A DNA stretch of 64,000 nucleotides from an uncultured Candidatus Saccharibacteria bacterium. GTDB lineage: Bacteria; Patescibacteriota; Saccharimonadia; Saccharimonadales; Saccharimonadaceae. The stretch is from assembly GCA_963525085.1 (NCBI GenBank), contig CAURIH010000001.1, positions 758,521-822,520 on the forward strand. The letters run 5' to 3'. Position numbers and translations under genes: made by a program. The notes under the pieces were generated by a model. That model ran no database searches and was not told where the DNA came from. It was given only the letters and a program-made list of their open reading frames with translations. Shown here one piece after another: positions 38,308-45,776 of this stretch. How positions within the stretch are numbered: position 1 is the stretch's first letter; each line of letters starts with the position of its first letter.

Positions 38308-39177
38308 ATGACGATCTTGATAGCAGGTGCACTGCTCCTTCTCGGCGTAGTGCTGGGTAGCTTTGCGGGCGCGCAAGTGTGGCGGGTGCGTGCGCGGCAA
38401 CTGCGGACTGATAAGCAAACCGGCCACCCCTACGACAAACACGAATGGCGCCAACTGCGCGTCCTCTTGCAGGGTACAGTGCGAGACGATCGCTCGCGCT
38501 GCCTGCAGTGTGGGCATGTGCTGGCGTGGTATGATCTACTCCCCGTAGTGAGCTGGCTATCGACTGGTGGGCGCTGCCGCTATTGCCAGCAGTTCATTGG
38601 TTGGTTCGAGCTGGTGATGGAGCTGGTGCTGGGGCTTGGCTTGGCACTGTCGTATCTGGTGTGGCCATGGGCACTGCCAGCCAGTAGCCTGCTCTTTGCT
38701 GTGTGGGTGGTGGTGGCCTTAGTGTTGATGATTCTCGCGGCGTATGACGCCAAGTGGCAGCTCCTGCCTGACCCGCTTAACTATGGCTTGATGGCACTGG
38801 GCGCACTCTTCGTGCTGGTGCGGATGACGACGCTGCACGATGTTGATCTTGTATCGCTCACGGGGGCGGTGGCGCTACTGGCGGGGCTCTATGGTGGGCT
38901 GTATGCCATCTCGCGCGGGGCGTGGATTGGCTTTGGCGATGTGAAGCTCTGCGTAGGTTTGGCACTATTACTGGGTGATTGGCGATTGGCCTTTATGACG
39001 CTGTTCTTCTCCAACATGCTGGGTTGTATTATCGTCCTGCCGGGCCTAGCGCGTGGCCAGCTCAATACGCGCTCGCAGGTGCCATTTGGGCCGCTGCTTA
39101 TCATTGGCTGCGTTATTTCACTCTTGTTTGGTGGGCATATCTTGCGCGCGCTGGTGGCATTGCCGCTGGGGCTGTAG
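38308..39177 (+). CDS. pilD: prepilin peptidase PilD (A24 family)
   Basis: N-terminal Cys motif (CLQCGHVLAWYDLLPVVSWL..GGRCRYC), multiple TM segments and catalytic-Asp regions (AAYDAKW, GFGDVKL). Confidence 0.9.
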   Translation: MTILIAGALLLLGVVLGSFAGAQVWRVRARQLRTDKQTGHPYDKHEWRQLRVLLQGTVRDDRSRCLQCGHVLAWYDLLPVVSWLSTGGRCRYCQQFIGWFELVMELVLGLGLALSYLVWPWALPASSLLFAVWVVVALVLMILAAYDAKWQLLPDPLNYGLMALGALFVLVRMTTLHDVDLVSLTGAVALLAGLYGGLYAISRGAWIGFGDVKLCVGLALLLGDWRLAFMTLFFSNMLGCIIVLPGLARGQLNTRSQVPFGPLLIIGCVISLLFGGHILRALVALPLGL

Positions 39178-39231
39178 AATCGTCTCATCGCTCTGTGCTG
39201 CTAATGCTGCTTGTGCTATACTAGAGAGGTT

Positions 39232-39942
39232 ATGAGTATGCCAGTGAAGCCAGGGTTCACCATTATTGAGATGATGCTGTTTTTGGCGGTGAGTGGGGCA
39301 ATGGCAGCTGGGATTATGGTAGGTGTGGGCGCAACAGTCAATGCCCAGCGCTACCGCGATGCCACCCATTCGCTGGTGAGTTTCTTCCAGGGGGAGTACG
39401 ACCGGGTGGTGAATGTCCAGAACGATCACGACCGCAACCTTGGCTGCAGCACTAGCGGCATTAGTCAGAGTATTACTCCGCAGGTGCCTGGCACGAGCGA
39501 GTGCACCATTATTGGGCGGTTTATTACCACTGGCCGTGATGGCCGAAGCCTCATAGCGCGAACAATTTATGCTACGCGCGATGGCTCAACCGCAGCAACG
39601 GATTATGAGGCGCTGACTCACTCGGGGCTTGTTTTGTCGGACACCGCCAGCCAGACAACTACCTACGAACTAGCGTGGGAGACGGCGCTGCGGCAGGGCG
39701 CACGTTACTCGTATTTGATCGTGCGCTCGCCCTCTAGTGGTGCCATCAAGACCTACATTGGTAACACAGACAACCCTATGACCGTTCTCTCGCCTGATAA
39801 TGACGCCCAAAAAGGCGACACCAACCTCTGTATCGATCCTGATGGATTGGTCTTTACTGGCATTAGTGGGGCAGTGATTGCCCGGGGTGGCAGCTCGGCC
39901 AGCAGTGTGAAGTTGATCGGTGGAGGGATAGGACAATGTTAG
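39232..39942 (+). CDS. minor pilin / pseudopilin (prepilin-type N-terminus)
   Basis: MSMPVKPG|FTIIEMMLFLAVSGAMAAG. GAGAGG SD. Confidence 0.75.
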   Translation: MSMPVKPGFTIIEMMLFLAVSGAMAAGIMVGVGATVNAQRYRDATHSLVSFFQGEYDRVVNVQNDHDRNLGCSTSGISQSITPQVPGTSECTIIGRFITTGRDGRSLIARTIYATRDGSTAATDYEALTHSGLVLSDTASQTTTYELAWETALRQGARYSYLIVRSPSSGAIKTYIGNTDNPMTVLSPDNDAQKGDTNLCIDPDGLVFTGISGAVIARGGSSASSVKLIGGGIGQC

Positions 39943-40538
39943 AGCGTCGCCACGAGCGGGGTGATACGATCATTGAGGTGATGTTTGCCTTCGTGCTCTT
40001 TAGTATGGTAATTGTGGGGGCGTTTATGATTATGAACCAAGGTATGGCGCTGGCGCAGCGCTCTCTGGAGGTAACGCAGGTGCGGCAGCAGATCGACTCG
40101 CAGGTGTTACTGATTCGGACTGCTCAGCAGGCAGTCAACCAGCAGCTGTGGGAGACCATCAAAGGCAAGGTAGGCACGACTACGCCCATTACACTGAGCG
40201 AGCTAGCTGAGAGCAACTGCCGCCTTTCGCCGGATACATTGCGGGGGCGCGGCGCATTCTTTGTTGCGCCACGGGTCGATGCTGCCTCGGGTAAGCAGGT
40301 CATCCGTCTCTTTGAGCCGACCAATGCGAGCTACCAACCTGAACCCACAACCTACAGTAAGGTAGACTTTGGCAATGATCCGCGGGCGCAGGGGCTCTTC
40401 GTCCAGATCGTCAAGGCAGAGGGTGCTAACGCCAACCTTGCCTATGATGTGTATGTATCTGCCTGCTGGCCGACTGTAGCGAGCGATAAGCCAATGACGA
40501 TTGGCACAGTAACGAGGTTGTATGATGTGGCGCGCTAA
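39936..40538 (+). CDS. minor pilin-like protein (variant prepilin N-terminus)
   Basis: MLERRHERG|DTIIEVMFAFVLFSMVIVGAF. Overlaps its neighbours, consistent with an operon. Confidence 0.7.
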   Translation: MLERRHERGDTIIEVMFAFVLFSMVIVGAFMIMNQGMALAQRSLEVTQVRQQIDSQVLLIRTAQQAVNQQLWETIKGKVGTTTPITLSELAESNCRLSPDTLRGRGAFFVAPRVDAASGKQVIRLFEPTNASYQPEPTTYSKVDFGNDPRAQGLFVQIVKAEGANANLAYDVYVSACWPTVASDKPMTIGTVTRLYDVAR

Positions 40539-41259
40539 CAGAGGTAAAACACAAGGAGAGAAGCAACGGCAGACTGTACAGCGCAAAGAGTCAGGCTTTA
40601 CCCTCATCGAGCTGCTGCTGGCGATGAGCTTCCTCTCAGTGCTGCTTATTGCCATTACGACCTCCACGCTGCAGATCATTGGCTTGTATACAAAGGGAGT
40701 GACGCTCAAATCAATCAACCTCGCAGGGCGCGATGTGGCCGATTCCTTCCGACGCGATGCCTTGGCCTCAGCGGATGGGATCCGCTATGTGTCGCCAGAC
40801 AAAGGCGGTGGGTTGGGGCGTCTATGCTTTGGTACGATGTCGTATGTGTGGAGCCCAGCCGCCAAGCTACAGCAAGGTAGTGCCGTCCGCTACCAAAACG
40901 ACACACGCCAGGGTGATGTGCGCGGCGATATGATTGTCCTAGCCCGTGTGGCTGATGCTGGTGCACAGTATTGCAACCCAACGGCTCGTGGCACGTACTC
41001 GACCGATGTATTTCTTAGCAAAGCAACGGAGCTGCTGGGCTCACGCGAGGGGGATTTGGCGCTGCGCGATTTGCAGATCAACCCCATTATCGAATCGACC
41101 GAAGGCACACACACTATCTACCGCCTCCGCTTCGTCATTGGCACCAACCAGCAAGATACGATCAATACCGCCAACCAGACCTGTAAACCGCCTACGAATG
41201 ACAGTGCTAATTACAACTTCTGTGCCATTAATATTTTTGAGACATTGATACAGGGGTAG
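40522..41259 (+). CDS. minor pilin / pseudopilin (prepilin-type N-terminus)
   Basis: ...RKESG|FTLIELLLAMSFLSVLLIAITTS. Confidence 0.75.
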   Translation: MMWRANRGKTQGEKQRQTVQRKESGFTLIELLLAMSFLSVLLIAITTSTLQIIGLYTKGVTLKSINLAGRDVADSFRRDALASADGIRYVSPDKGGGLGRLCFGTMSYVWSPAAKLQQGSAVRYQNDTRQGDVRGDMIVLARVADAGAQYCNPTARGTYSTDVFLSKATELLGSREGDLALRDLQINPIIESTEGTHTIYRLRFVIGTNQQDTINTANQTCKPPTNDSANYNFCAINIFETLIQG

Positions 41260-41260
41260 G

Positions 41261-42421
41261 ATGATGAGGTGGATGCAACAGCATAGCAACAAGCAGCGGC
41301 AGGCCGGTATGGTGTCGCTCTTTGTGGTGATGTTTTCAACAGTACTGATCACGGTAGTAACAGTGAGCTTTATCCGTCTGATGGTACAGGAGCAACAGCG
41401 CGCCAGCAACAACGACCTTTCGCAGAGTGCCTACGACTCGGCGGTCGCTGGAGTAGAGGATGGCAAGCGTGTCATTCGTGCGGCTCTCAAGGGTAATGAG
41501 CGGGCTCGCCGTGCCATTGAGCAGCAGCGTTGCAACACCGTGGCGGCAGCCGGTGTAGTGTCGTCTGTTAGTGGTGAGACCACCATCAAGACGAGTAGTG
41601 GTAGCAGCACGCTTAACCAAGCCTACACCTGCGTCAAGATCGAGGCCAAGACTGAAGACGTCAAACTTGACCTTGCAGAAGGGGAGTCGACTGTTATCCC
41701 GTTGGTTGGTGCAGATGCCTTTGATAGTGTGCAGATCGAGTGGATGCGCAAGAAAAACAGCGACAACGAAGTTGCCTCCATTGAAACACCAACCTCTAGT
41801 GATCTCCGCTCGTTGCCACGCAAAGACCAGTGGAGCCCCAACGCGCCAGCTCTTATCCGGGCGCAGGCTGTCTTGCCCACCAAGACAAGCGTTAGCCTAA
41901 GCGAGCTCGATAGCGCCCAGGTATCGACCAACTTCTTGCGCCCCAGCATCATTACCGACAATGCGAACCCGCTCACCATCCAACGCCCTGGCCTGCGCGC
42001 CAATAGCGATAGTGGTGCTCAGACAACCGTTAATGCCGTGCCGTGCTCCAACGCGCGCTACACCGGTGGTGGCTATGCCTGTCAGGCCGTCCTCCAAATG
42101 GCTGGTGGCGAGTCTGTACCAGCTGGCTCGCGTGTGGCGTTCTTGCGCGTAACCAGCCTGTACAAAGCCTCAGCAGTCAAGATCTCGCTCAAACGAGCAA
42201 GCAGCGTGATGAAGTTCGACACCGTCCAGCCCGAAATCGACTCCACTGGCCGGGCAGACACCATCTTTCGCCGCATCAAAAGCCGCGTCAATGTCGGCTT
42301 CAATACCAATGGTAGCTTCACCTTCCCGGAGCAGGGCGTCGACATCACTGGCAGTCTCTGCAAAAACTTCTATGTCACCAACGACGAAGCCGGGCCACTA
42401 GGTACGTCGTGTAATCCGTAG
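41261..42421 (+). CDS. PilX-N-terminal-domain-like pilus assembly protein
   Basis: Hydrophobic N-terminus (MVSLFVVMFSTVLITVVTVSF) followed by ...QSAYDSAVAGVEDG, resembling the PilX N-terminal motif. Last gene of the minor-pilin operon. Confidence 0.6.
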   Translation: MMRWMQQHSNKQRQAGMVSLFVVMFSTVLITVVTVSFIRLMVQEQQRASNNDLSQSAYDSAVAGVEDGKRVIRAALKGNERARRAIEQQRCNTVAAAGVVSSVSGETTIKTSSGSSTLNQAYTCVKIEAKTEDVKLDLAEGESTVIPLVGADAFDSVQIEWMRKKNSDNEVASIETPTSSDLRSLPRKDQWSPNAPALIRAQAVLPTKTSVSLSELDSAQVSTNFLRPSIITDNANPLTIQRPGLRANSDSGAQTTVNAVPCSNARYTGGGYACQAVLQMAGGESVPAGSRVAFLRVTSLYKASAVKISLKRASSVMKFDTVQPEIDSTGRADTIFRRIKSRVNVGFNTNGSFTFPEQGVDITGSLCKNFYVTNDEAGPLGTSCNP

Positions 42422-42608
42422 GGATTCTTGCCGTAACTAAAAAGCTAGAAAGATAATAAATTTCCATGCTGAATCAGCAGTTTTGGGTGATGAACGCAGT
42501 ACTTAATTAAATGGTGCTATGGCAGTTGGTTTAGTTGCTGAATAAAATAATAGGAGTTAGCGGCTAAGTGGGTGCCAAAATATACGAAACATCTCAGTAG
42601 AAACTCCG

Positions 42609-42770
42609 CTCTCTTTGCGTTAGCTCCACCTCCCCACACTTCATCCGATGGAGTGTGAAAACAGATTGCAATAATCTGTTTTCAGCCCAGCGCAAGAAGT
42701 CGATATCCAGTGAATATCGACCCTTATAGTGTTCCTGAGGAGGGAGTGTGGGGAGGTGGAGCGTGAGAGC
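42609..42770 (+). repeat. family-1 structured repeat, copy D (best-preserved)
   Basis: Outer stem has 17 perfect bp: CTCCACCTCCCCACACT / AGTGTGGGGAGGTGGAG. Hairpin 1 is GAAAACAGATT/AATCTGTTTTC and hairpin 2 is GTCGATAT/ATATCGAC. Confidence 0.92.
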
Positions 42771-42797
42771 ACTCAGCTTTATCCTGAATTTGGATAT

Positions 42798-43739
42798 CTA
42801 TCCCTGTTCTCTCCCGCTATGAAATTGCTCGAAGATGTCGCGCAGGTGTTGGTCGGTGACGTGGGTGTAGACCTGTGTGGTGCTGATATTGCTGTGGCCC
42901 AGCATGCTCTGGACACTGCGTAGGTCGGCGCCGTTCATCAGCAGGTCGGTCGCGAAGCTGTGGCGCATAGTGTGGGGGCTGACGTGCTTGGTGATACCAG
43001 CAAGGCGGGCATATTTGCCAATCATCGATTGCACACTGCGCGTCGTGAGGCGGCGGAAGTCGCCACTGGTGTTTGTGGCACCATGGTTGCGACTATAGCT
43101 GATGAAAAGCGGGTCGAGCGAATCATGCCGGGCGCTGAGGTAGGTCTCGATCTGCTCGGCGGCACGGCTACTGACGAAGACCGGACGGTCTTTTTGGCCC
43201 TTACCACGCACCATGAACTCGCGGCGCTTGAGGTTGATGTGGTCGCGATTGAGATTGACAAGCTCTGAGACGCGCAGACCACTGGAGAAGAGCAGCTCGA
43301 TGATGGCTTTGTCGCGCAAGTTGGCTTCTTTGCCATCGCTTGGCACGGCATCGATCATCCGCTCTACTTCGTCATAATGGAGGAACGTAACTTGCCGTTT
43401 GTGTGTCTTGGGAAGCTCGATCTTGCTTGGTGAGAGGCTGGCGATGTCGCGCTTGGAGAGGTAGTTGAGAAAGCCGCGCAGCGCGATGAGGTGGTAGCTC
43501 TGGGTGAGCATGCCGAGCTCCTCACCATAGACGCTTTGGTAGCGATTGAGCCAGAGGCGGTAGCGCCGCACCAACTCGGGCGTGATCTGATCGACCGTCA
43601 GCTCAGCACCAGCAAACTCAACGAAGCGCTCGAGGTAGTGCTTGTAGTTCTCCGCTGTCTTGGACGATCGGCCGCGCTCCACCTCCATATATTCGATGAA
43701 GTCAATGATCAAATCTTGCATATAATAGTGCTGTGCCAT
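42798..43739 (-). CDS. xerC: site-specific tyrosine recombinase XerC/XerD type
   Basis: 313 aa with an N-terminal SAM-like domain and catalytic motifs (GLRVSEL, HTMRHSFATDLL, LGHSNISTTQVYTHV). TATACT (rc of 43747-43752) lies 7 nt before the ATG. Confidence 0.88.
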   Translation of the reverse strand: MAQHYYMQDLIIDFIEYMEVERGRSSKTAENYKHYLERFVEFAGAELTVDQITPELVRRYRLWLNRYQSVYGEELGMLTQSYHLIALRGFLNYLSKRDIASLSPSKIELPKTHKRQVTFLHYDEVERMIDAVPSDGKEANLRDKAIIELLFSSGLRVSELVNLNRDHINLKRREFMVRGKGQKDRPVFVSSRAAEQIETYLSARHDSLDPLFISYSRNHGATNTSGDFRRLTTRSVQSMIGKYARLAGITKHVSPHTMRHSFATDLLMNGADLRSVQSMLGHSNISTTQVYTHVTDQHLRDIFEQFHSGREQG

Positions 43740-43853
43740 TTGCCATAGTATACCACAATATATAGACAGAGAGGTAGAGCATCAGGTGTCGGCAGGGGTA
43801 TCGTATCTGACTATATGATTGTTTTTTTAGCCAGCACCGTAGCTTACTGGACA

Positions 43854-43925
43854 CGAAAATATCTGGAGGCCAGCAATACCGTATGCGGGTATGCTCTATC
43901 GTATAATCTGGCCGGAACATTTTCG
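43854..43925 (+). repeat. family-2 hairpin repeat, copy X3
   Basis: CGAAAATATCTGGAGGCCAGCAATACCGTATGCGGGTATGCTCT...ATCTGGCCGGAACATTTTCG. P2 is GGCCAG/CTGGCC and the inner hairpin is ATACC/GGTAT. Confidence 0.8.
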
Positions 43926-44026
43926 GTCCAGTAGGTTACGGTGCAATACACAGTTCTAGCGCTTTCCATTTTCGCGATCACTCACAATACGCTATAATAC
44001 AAGCAAACCTAACAATAAGGAGCTTT

Positions 44027-44557
44027 ATGAGCGAAACAACAGCGGTGCCCAACAATAATAATGTGCAAAAGACCTTGGTCGTCTTCAAACCAGACGCTGT
44101 GCAGCGGGGGATTGTTGGCGAGATTTTGACCCGTTTTGAGCGGGTGGGCCTCAAGATTGTGGCCGTCAAGATGATCGCTCCGACACGTGATCATTACTAC
44201 CGCCACTACGAGGAAATTGGCAAGATGGTGTCGCGCCGTGGCAAGCACGCCTTTGGGGTGACGCTGGACTTTATGATGCAAGGGCCAGTTATTGCCATGG
44301 TGTTTGAGGGGGTAGAGGCTGTCAAGCTGGTGCGCAAGCTGGTGGGCCCAACCGAGCCAATGGCTGCCGAGATGGGGACGATCCGCGGCGACTACTCGCA
44401 CATGAGCTTTGGCTATGCCAACGACGAAGACAAGGGTGTGCCCAACCTCATCCATGCTTCGGGCAACCCCGAGGAAGCTGAGCAGGAGATCAATCACTGG
44501 TTCTCAGACGACGAAATCTACGAGTACCATGCATTGCATGAGAAGTTTACGCGCTAA
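44027..44557 (+). CDS. ndk: nucleoside-diphosphate kinase
   Basis: ...TLVVFKPDAVQRGIVGEILTRFERVGLKIVAVKM...GTIRGDY...NLIHASG. AAGGAG SD. Confidence 0.95.
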   Translation: MSETTAVPNNNNVQKTLVVFKPDAVQRGIVGEILTRFERVGLKIVAVKMIAPTRDHYYRHYEEIGKMVSRRGKHAFGVTLDFMMQGPVIAMVFEGVEAVKLVRKLVGPTEPMAAEMGTIRGDYSHMSFGYANDEDKGVPNLIHASGNPEEAEQEINHWFSDDEIYEYHALHEKFTR

Positions 44558-44580
44558 GCGTTGACATCGGACTGCTGCAA

Positions 44581-44607
44581 AAAACACCTCTCTCAGAGGT
44601 GTTTTTG
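44581..44607 (+). terminator. intrinsic terminator after ndk
   Basis: AAAACACCTCT-ctc-AGAGGTGTTTTTG. Confidence 0.8.
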
Positions 44608-44713
44608 TGATGTGTGAGGGTTGAGGTGATACATGCTACAACAGGGGTTCTTCGTGCACTAAATAAAAACACCCACTTGACGCACTGCAAGAGGGTATGA
44701 TTGCATCCAATAC

Positions 44714-44791
44714 TGGCGCGCTCGACCGGATTCGAACCGGCGATCTTCTCCGTGACAGGGAGACGTGATAGGCCATCTTCACTACGAGCGC
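44714..44791 (-). tRNA. tRNA-Asp (anticodon GTC), CCA encoded
   Basis: rc gives GCGCTCG-TA-GTGA..TCAC-G-TCTCC-CTGTCAC-GGAGA-AGATC-GCCGG-TTCGAAT-CCGGT-CGAGCGC-G-CCA. Confidence 0.93.
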
Positions 44792-44865
44792 ATAGGCTAG
44801 ATCAATAGTAGCAGCAATTACCAAAAATCGCAAGAGGTTTGTAGAGGAATCGCAGAACCGTAGTC

Positions 44866-45029
44866 TTATCTCACGCTCCACCTCCCCACACTCCCTCCTC
44901 CGGGACACTATAAGGGTCGATACTCCCCAAGTATCGACCTCTTGCGTTGGGCTGAAAACAGATTATGACAATCTGTTTTCACACGCCATCGGATGAAGTG
45001 ATGGGGAGGTAGAGCTAGCGCCAGGAGAG
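44866..45029 (-). repeat. family-1 structured repeat, copy E (reverse orientation)
   Basis: The rc matches copies A/D/F along its full length. Hairpin 1 is GAAAACAGATT/AATCTGTTTTC and hairpin 2 is GGTCGATACT/AGTATCGACC. Confidence 0.9.
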
Positions 45030-45306
45030 CGACGGTCTTGAATGTATTGTGAGAAAAATTGCCAGCCACTCACTACCGCAGTTTGAGCTAGCACAGAAAT
45101 TACCTCAGCATAATGATGTCAGGTCAGGACTCATACGAAGGCCATCTACCAAGCAGGTAGGAGCGGAGGGGAGAGCACCACCATCATGTCCTCAACCACA
45201 GCGCTCTCGCGATAATTCATCAGCCTGCAGTGAGGTAGCTTCTACAGGCTATCCCGCTGCACCACCTTCCATTTTCGCCTCGCCTCTAGTATAATATAGC
45301 GGTGAT

Positions 45307-45382
45307 GCCGCTGTAGCTCAGTTGGTAGAGCGGCGCTTTCGTAAAGCGTAGGTCACCGGTTCGAGTCCGGTCAGCGGCTCCA
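45307..45382 (+). tRNA. tRNA-Thr (anticodon CGT), discriminator U73, CCA encoded
   Basis: GCCGCTG-TA-GCTC..GAGC-G-GCGCT-TTCGTAA-AGCGT-AGGTC-ACCGG-TTCGAGT-CCGGT-CAGCGGC-T-CCA. TATAAT at 45290-45295. Confidence 0.93.
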
Positions 45383-45389
45383 TTTGTTT

Positions 45390-45776
45390 ATGACCAAAGA
45401 GAAGAAGGATTTTCTGCGTACCCCTCTCCGCACGATTGCAGTCGATCGGCCATTCTTTGCGGCGCTGATTGGTGTATTTGTCGCGGGTATCATCTATATG
45501 CTGGTGATGGGCTTTACGCTGCAGGTGCGCGATGTGCAGGTTTATGTGCGCTACACCGCCTTTGGTGAGGCGCATTTTTATAAGAGTTATTGGTATTATT
45601 TACTCAGTTTTGTGTTGTTTGGTGCGCTGGTAATGGTGGTGCACATTGGCCTGATGGTTAAGCTGTATAGCCTGCAGCGTCGCCAGACAGCGCTTTTTGT
45701 AGGGGCGGCAGCAGTATTGGTGCTGCTGGTTGCTGCCTCGTATGGATTAGCAGTAATGCACCTGGCGTATCGATAA
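45390..45776 (+). CDS. hypothetical membrane protein (4 TM)
   Basis: 128 aa. The ATG lies 8 nt after the tRNA-Thr CCA end, and the stop abuts the start of the GT2 gene. Confidence 0.55.
   Translation: MTKEKKDFLRTPLRTIAVDRPFFAALIGVFVAGIIYMLVMGFTLQVRDVQVYVRYTAFGEAHFYKSYWYYLLSFVLFGALVMVVHIGLMVKLYSLQRRQTALFVGAAAVLVLLVAASYGLAVMHLAYR

Noticed and set aside
42640-42690. A hammerhead-like look to CCGATGGAG...GAAAAC (CTGATGGAG in copy A) in the family-1 core.
   Set aside because: The conserved hammerhead core (CUGAUGA ... GAAA with the right helices and a cleavage-site triplet) is not reproduced. Most copies have CCGATGG. I could not build the three-helix junction required.
42798-43739. The tyrosine recombinase as a marker of an integrated mobile element next to tRNA genes.
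   Set aside because: Its size and motifs fit the housekeeping XerC/XerD type. The neighbours are core genes (ndk, pilus operon). I saw no attachment-site duplication of the adjacent tRNA 3' ends. Left as xerC-type with the caveat that XerC versus XerD cannot be told apart by eye.
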